From contig JANHCV010000001.1 in assembly GCA_025594325.1 (NCBI GenBank), positions 1,922,001 to 1,986,000 of the forward strand: a stretch of DNA of 64,000 nucleotides, read 5' to 3'. The notes beneath the pieces were generated by a model, which ran no database searches, was not told the origin of the DNA, and saw only the letters and a program-made list of their open reading frames with translations. Made by a program: the position numbers and the translations under genes. This DNA comes from Blastocladiella emersonii ATCC 22665. Lineage: Eukaryota; Fungi; Blastocladiomycota. This document shows, in pieces, positions 54,356-64,000 of this stretch (position 1 is the stretch's first letter; every line of letters starts with the position of its first letter).

Positions 54356-56666
54356 AGCGCGGATCGGCGTCACAAGCGAACAAGTACGGCGCGGTGTTTG
54401 GCGGACTTCCCGCCTCTCGCACACATCATCACCCCCTCCCCCATGCACAATAGTCTCCAAAAACGAGGAAGATACATTTATATTTTTGCAACCCGCGCAT
54501 CTCGGAGCGAGCGATAGCCAGGCAAAGGCGCTGCCCGTAAGGCTGAAGCAAAGATTGAACCTGAGACGCGACGCGCCGCGCCGCTGGCCATGTGGGCCAC
54601 ACGCACGCGGGAGGGAGCAACGTTACAGCTTGGCGACCCGGAAACACGACGCGTTCTTTGTTGCACTTGCCCCACTGCTCACCTCAGCATCGCATCCGCG
54701 GATCCACGGACCAGAGGGAGCATGGTGCAAGCAGGCGAGGGCGAGAGGGGAGGTTGACTCGCGCAGCTGGCATCACGTGGGCCGTCGGCAAGCGGTTGGT
54801 CGATTCGATGGGCGACGGTGAGCGGCGATGAGCGACCGTCTCCCTCCCCGCACCTCATCGCATTCGCCGATAACTACGTGATCAACACCAGAACGACTTG
54901 GCGCAACCAACGGGTCCATCATCTCGCGGGCCGTCCACGAGACATCACGCAGTAAGAATCTCGCATCCCGTCAGCCCGCCCGCGCCGCTCGCGGGCTTGC
55001 GCACGAGGCTCCAGGCCCGCGCCGCCTCCTCATAAAGCCGCAGCTCGGCTGACACGCCTTGCGCCACCGTCCTCCTTCGACGTAGTCTTGGTCGCTCGCC
55101 CATCGTCGCCGCTCCCGCGGTCGTTACACAAGTGAAGCCAGTTTCACCTTAACCTGGGCGCCGCGCTTCCATCGACCCTCTCTCTCCCCTCGCACCCGCA
55201 CCGTCCCTCGCCTTTCTTTCTCTAGCACTCCGTGCCCGTTTCGGTTGCTGTTCGCCCGCTCTCCCGACGCTTGGTCGCCGCGGTACCGGTTTCGCATCGC
55301 ACGGACCTCCGAATTCGAGCCCTCCGCCGACCTCCTCCTCCTCCCCCTCCTCCCTGCGGCCGCGCTTGTCGGCTCCGACCTCTCCTCCCGTTCTCACCGA
55401 CCGTGGCAAGGGCTGGTCCCCTCCCGCCCGTCGAGTCCCACTCCACCCGCCCCGCCCCACCTCGCGGCATCGCCAGCGCTGGCCGCTCGCCGCCGCCGCC
55501 CTCCCGAGGCTCCCGTCAAGTCCGTCAAGTCTCGTCACCAACGACTGGCTGAACCCCCGGCGCCTCGAGGCTCAGTCGACGATTTGCACGGCGTGGTACG
55601 TTCCCTCTCTCGTGCTCGCGCTCTCGCTCTCCCGCTCTCCCCTCCCTCCTTCCCGCTGCCGCGCGTGTACCCAAACTCGGTCCGTTCCGCCCTACCCGCA
55701 TCTATTCCTGGCCGGTGCGCGCCGAGCTTGTGACTCTAGCCGACGCTGCCGCGCTCGTTCAGTCGGTCCATTCTTCCGGCACCCTAGCAACGGGCGGGGG
55801 CGGTCGGTCTCCTCCTCGGCGCGCTGGAATCCCGTCGTCGTGGCGGTTCCAGCTCCGCGGAACGAGACCCGACTCGATTTTCGGCACGAGAGCAGTTTGT
55901 TTCAACGTGAGCTCTACGTGCGCGAGCTGCCAAGCCGGCCAGCAGACGGCCAGCCCAGCCCAGCCCTGTTCCTCGATTTCCCGCCCCGCTCCGCCTCGCC
56001 TGCCCGATTCCGCGTCCTTTGCTCTCTCGCCCTCTTCATTTCCTCCGTCGCTTCGGGCAACCGCTCGCCGAGCACGCATCGCCGCCTCCAGGTGCGGCCG
56101 CCGACCCGCCGCCCTCGCCTCACCCTGCCCCCGTTCATCGATTCCGCGCCCGATCACGCACTCCGCCCGCCTTTGTTTGTGTTTCTCGTGCGCTCCCTGG
56201 CACCCGCGCCCCGACCCCTGCCGCCGCCGCCACCGCCATCCTCCCCCGTTGTGCATCTGGGACCCGTGTGGCTCGGCTCGGCGCTCTCGGGTTGTCCTCG
56301 CGCACCCGCTCGCGCTCGCGCTCGTCTGCCGTCGTGGCCCTGCCCTGATCGTTGCATCGGCGGACCTGACTGTCTCCTCTTTCCCTCGCCCACCTGCTGT
56401 TCTTGCATGGTCCATGTGCTGACACCTACACGTCCTCGTCACCGTTGTAGATCCCCGCAGCGCGTATCTGCGCTTGATCATCGCGACCAGACCGGCCGGC
56501 ATCGCGCTCCGCTCGTCGACCTCCCGCCGGACGTGGCTTGACGTCGCGGCGCTTTTCCGCGGCCTCGGCAGTCCCCAACGGCCGCGCTCCCTCCCCGTCC
56601 CTCCCTCGTGCACGCAAGGGATCCCTCGCTCTCATTCCACCCATCCACGGCCCTCTCCCGTCGACC

Positions 56667-59600
56667 ATGAACCCCGGCGGACCAGGCGGCGCCGACGGGT
56701 TCCCGCACGGGCCCGGCAGCCAGCTGCCCTTCTACCCGGGATCCTCGGCCGGTCCCTTCGAGGCCGTCTCGGCCATCCCCGGCCTCCCGCCGCACCTCCA
56801 CGGCGGCGGCCACGTCCACGGCCCGCCCACGCCGCAGCCGACGCCGCTCGGGCTCGCCAGCGTCAGCCGCGACGGCGCGGTACCCGACGAGTACGCCGGC
56901 GGCTACCACCCGCACCAGCAGCACCACCATCTCGACCAGCCGCAGCAGTACCAGCCGTCGCCAGTACCACAGCCGCAGCACGGGTTCCACCACCACGCGC
57001 AGCCGCACCACGGCCACCCGTACCCGCACCCGCACGACCCGCTCCAGCAGCAGCACTCGGGCTCGCACGCGCACGGCAGCCCCTTCATGCACCCGCAGCA
57101 TCTCCAGCAGCAGCAGCAGTCGCAGCCGCAGTCGCAGCTCGGCACCCCGCTCAACCAGCCCATCGCCCTCGGCAACATGACGCCGCAGGCGTACCCGGTC
57201 CAGCTGCAGGGCCACGCGCCCGCGCTCCCGCCGCCACCGCCGCCGCCCGCGGCCGCTGGTAACATGCTCGTCGACCAGCAGCAGCAGCAGCAGATGCAGC
57301 AGATGCAGGGCCCGCAGCTCGGCGGGTCGCCGCAGGGCCAGGAGCCGCCGTCGGCCGAGGGCAGCGCGACGCCGACCATGACCACGGCGCGGCGGCAGAC
57401 GCGCGACCGACAGGCGGGCAACCGCAACGGCACCGTGACGACGATCCAGGCGGGCAACCCGCAGCTGCCGCAGCTGGGACAGAACCTGCCGCTCACGGAC
57501 CAGCTCGCGCATCTGCACTTCTTCCTCGCCACGGCGCCGACCAACTGGCAGCCGCACGAGCGGATCCGGCGGTTCCTGCTGCCCAACGGCGAGCACGTGT
57601 CGTGCGTGCTCAACAACAACCTGTTCCACATCACGGGCACGGACATTGTGCGCGCGCTGCTGTTCCGGTTCCAGGCCATCTCGCGGCCCGTGCGCAACCT
57701 CAAGAAGTTCGAGGAGGGCATCTTCTCGGACCTGCGCAACCTCAAGCCCGGCGTCGACGCGTCGCTCGAGAACAACCGGTCCGAGTTCCTCGAGTGGCTC
57801 TACAAGCACAACTGCGTCCGCACCCAGAAGAAGCAGAAGGTCTTTTACTGGTTCTCGGTACCCTGGGACCAGCTCTTCTACGACGCGCTCGAGCGCGACC
57901 TCAAGCGCGAGGGTACGCTTGTTTTGCGGCGACATGCGTGTGCTTTCTCGCTCGGAACTAACCATGCTCTCCTTACGTAGCCCTCGGCATGGAGCCCACG
58001 TCGGTCCCCGTCGCCATGCCGCCCGCCGAGATGCCCACGGTCGCCGGCAACCCGCTCCTCCGCCAGCATCTCGAGCAGCAGCAGGTCCACCAGCAGCAGC
58101 TCGATGTACAGCGCCAGCAGCAGGCCGAGATCCAGCAGCGCCTGATCCTCAACGGCGTGACCCCGCCCAACGGCACCGCCCCCGCAAGCAACACGGCGAC
58201 CACGGCCGCGCAGCGTCGTGCGCGTCAGCGCGCCGCGGCCGCGAACGCCATCGCCGCGGCCGAGGGCACCGCCACCCCACAGCAGCTGCCGCAGCAGCTC
58301 GCGCCCCAGCAGCCCGGGTGGCTCTCGGCCCCGCAGCCCGCGCCACACCAGCTCAGCTTCCCCGACACATCCGCCGGCGGCCAGGCGCCCATGACGCTCC
58401 CGCACAGTGTCGCCAACACCCCCGGCATGCTCCCGCGCCACATGCCCGTGTCGCAGGCGCAGTTCCACCAGCACCAGGCCCAGTTCGCCCACTCGGCCGC
58501 CGCGTCGCCCGTTCCGCACCTGCACCACCTCGCGCACCACCACCACCACGCGCCGCTCCCGCCACCGGTTGCCGAGCATGACCACCACCATCACCACCAG
58601 CAGCACGAGATTCCGCTCATCGCGCAGGGTCTCGCCATGCCCGGCTCGGACGACATGTCCGCAACCCAGGCGCCGTTCCAGACTATCAACATGGGCACGC
58701 CGCTCGGTATGGCGCCGGCGACGACGAACCTCACGGGCGGCTCGTCAGGTAACGGCAGCCAGCAGCAGCAGCAGCAGCAGTTCTCGCCGTTCTCGTCGGC
58801 GGCCACGCCCGTCACGTACGCGCAGCAGCTCCCGACCGCGCCGGTCCCACCACGGACCTCGCTCGGCGGCGCGCCGCCCTCGCGCATGCTCATTTCGGGG
58901 CTCGTCGACCCGATGTCCGCGCAGAACACGCCCATCATGACCCCGGTCGAGCTCGGCGTCGGTAACACGGCCACCAGCTCCGCCGCCAACTCGGCCTTCT
59001 TCAACTCGGCCGCCGACGCGTACCAGCAGGAGCAGCAGCGCCAGCAGTCGCTTGACCTCGAGCGCCGCGCCTCGGCGTCGCTCCTCGACCTCGTCTCGTC
59101 CAACGGCGGCACTTCGGCCGCGCCCTCGTCCATGAGCGCCGTCGCCGAGGCTGCCGCCGCCGCGCTCATGCACAGCGCCGCGAGCACGCCGATCCCGCAG
59201 CCCCTGCGGCTCTCGATCCCCGGCCCGGGCGGGCTCGCGTCGGCTGGCCCGGCGTCCGTCATCGAGTCGCCGTTCGCGTCCGCGCCCGCGCCCGACCTCG
59301 CGGCGCTCTCTGCGGCCGCCGCGGCCGCGGCCGTCGCTGCGTCGCAGCCCGGGTCCTCGGTCTCCGGGCCCGGCGAGATGCCGCACCCGTTCGCCGACCA
59401 GGTCGCCGCCGCTAACAACGCCGCCATGTTCAACTCGGCCGCGGCGCTCTCGGCCGCCATGTCCGCGTCGCCCGTCCACCACCCGCCGCAGCAGCAGCCG
59501 GGCCAGAACGGCGGCCGCGCATCGAGCACCCCGATGCGGCCACCCGCGAGCCTCCTCGGCCAGTTCAATTCGACGACTCCGCCGCCCGAGATGCTCGGCG

Positions 59601-60400
59601 GCGGGCAGTCGGCGCCGCTCGTCGCCGACGACGCGCTCGAGGGCTTCCATTTCGCGTGGGACGATAACCTCATCGATTACTCGACGCCCGGCCAGGGCGG
59701 GTCCGCCGCCGGCTCGTCGCTGTTCCACGCGCTCGGCGTCGCCATGCCGTCGTCGACTGCGCCGTCATCCGCCACGGGAAGCGCGCCGCCGAACCCGTTC
59801 CACGCGCTTGCTCCGCACCAGCAGCAGCACCAGCAGCAGATGCAGCAGCAGGCCCAGGGACTCGCGGCCGCGTACCCGGCCAGCAGCAGCGGCGCCCCCG
59901 CCGCGTCCACCGAGCAGGGTGCGAACCGCGACGCGGCGCTCCGCAACGTCGCCACGTCGCTGCAGGTGTTCGGTGCCGGCGGCATCACCAAGCGGCGGCG
60001 CAACTCGACGCTCCTCAAGACCTTCTCCCGCCGCCTCTCCCTGCCGCGCGAGATCCTCGAGATGTACTCGATGCCGCCGTCGGCCGCCGGCAGCACCCCA
60101 CTCAGCCCGTCGAGCCTCGTGCCCAACGGCCTCGTGTCCAACATGTTCTTTGGCAACGGCGCCAACGGCGGCGCGCCAGGAACGGCTACGGGCCAGATGG
60201 CCGCGGCTGCCGCGGCTGCGGCGGCGTCGAATGCCATGGACGCCCAGCAGCAACAGCAGGCGCAGGCCGAGGCCGCGTACCAGCAGCAGCAGCACCAGTC
60301 GTCCATGTCCCCGCCGCGCGCCGACGAGAGCCTCGCCACCGCCGCGGCGACGTCGTCGTCGGCGGCGGCATCCTCGTCCTCGCTCATGTCGCCCTCGTGA
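56667..60400 (+). CDS. STE12: Ste12-family transcription factor (STE homeodomain); intron 57913-57980
   Basis: FFLATAPTNW...IRRFLLPNGEHVSCV...FHITGTDIVR...KKFEEGIFSDLRNLKPG...FLEWLYKHNCVRTQKKQKVFYWFSVP...DALERDLKRE. Confidence 0.95.
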
Positions 60401-60715
60401 GCGGCGGGAGCGCGTTGCTGGCGCGCGTCCCCCGCGCGCGCGTAGCGTAGTTTCGGCGTCGTTCGTCCGTCCGTGTTCAAAAAGTCGTTCTCTCTCCTCC
60501 TTCTCCTCGTTGTCTACTCGTAGTAGGGCTAGTCCTTGTATCACCCTCCTTCTCTCCGTCCCTTCCTCGCCATCCCTCCTTTCCTTGTTCCGTCTATCTG
60601 TCTTTTGGTTTATTTATCATCATCGTTGCTTGCGTGCCTGCCTGTCATCCGTCCGATGCTTGAGAAGCGTGTGTATCAATCAAACTAAGGTCATCAACAG
60701 CGTCGTCGTCGTTGT

Positions 60716-63700
60716 CTACACCGATGGCCCGCCCTTACCCGCCGCCGTCAGCTCATCCCCGCCGGCGCCGCCGCGGATCTTCATCCACTTGGCCTGCTCC
60801 TGCTTGGCGACAAAGTTGAGCTCGTCCGGTCCCGCGCGCAGCTTGAGGATGGCGAGCACCTCGGCGCCCATGCTGCTGTTGGCCTTGGCCGCGTACTCCT
60901 CGTACCGGTCGATCAGCTCGGCCGTCGGCAGCGGGTACATTTCAATGAGGCGCAGCAGGCGCTTGTACTCGGCTGTCTCGTCGAGGTGCTTGAGGGCGAC
61001 CAGCTCGCCGTCGCCGAACAGGAACAGCTTGAAGGTCTCGACCACGTTGACCATGACAGTCAGCTGCTTGACGGTCAGGTACCGCAGCGGCGACAGCAGC
61101 ACCTGCACCTCCATGGCCACGCACACGTCGCGCCACAGGCGGCGGATGAACAGCTTGAGCACGTCCTCGTACAGGTGGTTCGACAGGAACCCGAGCGTGT
61201 CGCCCAGCACGTCGAACGTCGTGTTCAGCTCCTGCCCGATCACCTCGTCCGTGATCAGCAGGTTCTGGTCGCTCCGGTACACGGTCCCGACGTACGGCTC
61301 CTTGACGAACTTGCGGTCGTACTGCTCGATCAGACGCGACGACTCGGTCATGATCAGCGGCACGATCAGCTACGGTGGGCGGTGGCCATGGCCGTTAGCG
61401 ATGGCCGCGCTTCGGACTAACGACGCGACGCGACGGCGACGTACCCGCGTGAACAGCGTGTCCTGGACCGTGCGCTTGAGCGAGCGGAACGACTTGCGGA
61501 ACGCAAACTCGATATCGTTAGCGCGCTCGCCCATCTTCTTGAGTCGCACCATGACCTTGCCCACGGCGAGCAGCTCCGGGTGGAACTCGTGCGTGTCGTG
61601 GTCCTCGATGGCCTCGTCGAGCTGGATGAACGTCTTGGCCACGACCACGTCGCCCAGCGCGTTCGAGAAGTGCAGCTCGATGACCAGTGCCTCGGCTGGC
61701 GGGTTGATGGCAATGTCCACCGTCTGCCCCGGCATCGTGCGGCCGAGCACCGCGCCCGTCGTCGGATGCACCAGCGCAAAGTACCCCGACGCCGCGAGCC
61801 CGTACACGCGCGGCTGCATCAGGAACTGCGGGCTCAGCTTGATCTCGAAGGTCCCGCCAACACCGTGCTCGAGCGCCGGCAGCACCGCGTCCGTCGGCGT
61901 GTCGGGCGCGGTCCCCGCAAACTCGAGCAGCACCTGCTGCAGGCTCTCGATCTCCATGACCACGTGCAGGTCGTTGAGCTGCGACCGCGCCGTCTCGATG
62001 TTGTTGATCTGGACGCACATCTAAGAGACGCGAGGCGTTAGCACTGGTCCTTGATGGACACGGCTCGGCGGCAACGGCGTACCCTTCTCTTGTCGTCCTC
62101 GGAGATCTCGGGCTGGTCGAGCGTCGCGTCGATCTTGGCCCGGAGCTGCTCGGCGTACAGGTCGATGGACTGGCAGTAGACGGCGCCGAGCCGGCCCATG
62201 AACTTGGCCACGTACACCTTGTCGGGCCACGCGAGCTTCTTGAGCCAGTCGAGCGTCTGGTGGAAGAAGGAGAAGACGTCGAGGATCGACGACGAGTGCA
62301 GGACCGTCTCGGAGATGGGCGTGAACTAGACGCGGTTGTGCGGGTGAGTGATATTCGCGCAGCGACGCGGGCTGGTGGCAGACGCACATCGTCGAGCTTG
62401 ATCGCGTTGTTGACAATGTCGGTCGACTTGATGCTCGTCATGTCGAGGAACAGGAACACGAACGGCGAGAACCACCGCGAGATCTCAATGTAGTCGGCCA
62501 GCCTAGACACGCGTGCGCTAGAGTCAGCTCGGCAGCCTGGCCGTCACGGCGGCGAGAGAACGTACTGGTTGTAGGGCGACACCTTCTCGGTGACGACCTT
62601 CATCATGTCGTACAGCGTGAACACGAGCGGGCTCGGCAGCGCACGGCGTTGCTTCCAGCACTTGCGGCCCATTTGCGAAATGTAGTCCATCTCGAGCGCG
62701 AGGTACTTGAGGTACACTTCCAGCGAGATCTGGACGTTGTCGAGGTGGTATCTACGGCGCGGCGACGCGGGATCAGTGGTGGGATCACGCGGGGGTGTGC
62801 GAACGCGTACCTCTTCCACGACTTGGAAAAGTACGACTTCTCGGTGGTGAGCTCCTCGAGCAGCAGCTTGACCATCTCGAGGATGCGGCCGTACATATTG
62901 GACACGACGGGGTTGGCGAGCGCGTGGAGGAGCTGGAACCGCTGGACGGCGCCGACCTGGATCATCGTGTACAGCTCGGCCGACCACGGCTTGACGTCGG
63001 GGCGCGACGACCGGAACAGCGGGTTGTCGTAGATGACGCGCAGCATGTACAGGGTCTGGTCGAGCTCGTTCTCGGGCTGGTTGTACGGGTACGCTTGCCG
63101 GTACCCCGTCACGTTGTACCGGAAGATGCCCTCCATGGACGTGAGCACGCGCAGCCACCGCTCCTTTTCGCTGCGCGAGAAGATGAGCGCGTTGGCGGAC
63201 TCGGCCTCGGCCACCGACGAGAAGGCCAGGTACAGCGGGAACAGCGTGATTGTGTGCGCCGCGTACTTGGGCAGTAGCAGCTCGACCTGCGCCACAAACC
63301 GCGACGCGTCGCTCACGCCCCACCGCAGCGCGTAGATGTACAGCAGCGCGTCCGACAGCCGCGACAACGAGTACTCGCCGTTTTGCCCCATGCCGTACGC
63401 CGTGTCGATCTCCAGGCACTTGTCGAGCAGCATGAAGTACGCCATCTCGTGGTCGAGGTCCATGTCGAGCTCCGGTTGCCGCTCGGGGCTGACAACCTTA
63501 AAGACGTGGTGCGAGTTAGTCGGGCCACGAGATCGTGGCCGCCAAGGGAACGTACAATCTCGACGCCTTTGTCGAACTTGATCGTCTCCGGGTTGCCCGT
63601 GAACTTGATGGACCGCGTTCCGAGGAACTTGTCGCTCTTCTCCTTGCCGACGGCGTCCTTGTCGTTCCACATGGAGAAGGTCACGCTGTCGCCGAGACTA

Positions 63701-64000
63701 GACGCGCGCGATGAGGGAGAGGACGTGGGTAAGTGGTCAGGATCGCGGTTCTGCGACGAGGAACACGGTGCACACCTCCGTACCCGAGTCGCCATCCGTC
63801 CTCGGTCTTGAACGCGACGGTGCCGTTGATGGCCAGGAACAGCTCGGCGGTCGGGCGGTTGGCCGTGATGTGGACGAGGTTCTTGGGCTGCTTGGCGTGC
63901 GCCGTGACGAACATGCCGAGCAGCTCCTTGAGCTTGGCCTGCTCGGCCTCGAGCCAGGCGCGGAACTCGTGCTCGTTCGAGTACCGCGAGGCGTTGGTCA
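60716..64000 (-). CDS. Munc13-homology (MHD1/C2/MHD2) protein, Ync13/Git1-like, multi-exon, 5' partial
   Basis: Strongly coding spliced segments. CVQINNIETARSQL resembles the end of MHD1, followed by a C2-like beta-rich stretch and LWRDVCVAME..LL...LFLFGDG (MHD2-like). Confidence 0.6.

Noticed and set aside
56667-60400. STE12 as marker of a mating-type locus
   Set aside because: No HMG or homeodomain MAT genes, pheromone precursors or receptors are nearby.
474-62510. Many long overlapping or antisense ORFs (e.g. 11941-14460, 14662-17508, 46279-48621, 59808-62024)
   Set aside because: These are shadow frames of real genes in very GC-rich, codon-biased DNA. Translations are Arg/Gly/Pro-rich with no motifs.

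Overview
GC-rich, intron-containing eukaryotic DNA. The gene set mixes fungal genes (Ste12, Rom2-type RhoGEF, OPT transporter, Ede1) with flagellar genes (PACRG, an axonemal dynein fragment), which points to a zoosporic early-diverging fungus; Blastocladiomycota-like is an inference. About 18 host genes can be called: NAE1/ULA1 3' end, a Pro-rich twin zinc-knuckle protein, two tandem S1/P1 nucleases, TAD3, a chorismate-lyase-like protein, ROM2-like GEF, RPS7, PACRG, EDE1, OPT (two copies), TMEM135-like, GSH1, RIB7-like, a tail-anchored protoglobin, STE12 and a Munc13-homology protein. The dominant structure is a ~19.5 kb quasi-palindrome. Its two arms (24286-32651 and 35437-43803, ~8.37 kb each) appear identical apart from one homopolymer base. 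Each arm carries the EDE1 3' end, an intact OPT gene, an identically frameshifted aldo-keto reductase and a modular ~330-bp-period repeat. The 2785-bp spacer holds decayed foreign fragments: an internally deleted axonemal dynein piece and a Ty3/gypsy integrase remnant. The right outer junction shows a divergence gradient and a 15-bp tandem duplication, creating a short ORF with two new NPF motifs fused to the Ede1 UBA domain. A second, smaller inverted duplication (a TAD3 fragment) brackets the nuclease pair. Arm identity was judged from mirror-image ORF translations and spot checks, not a full alignment. No rRNA, tRNA or CRISPR array was recognised.
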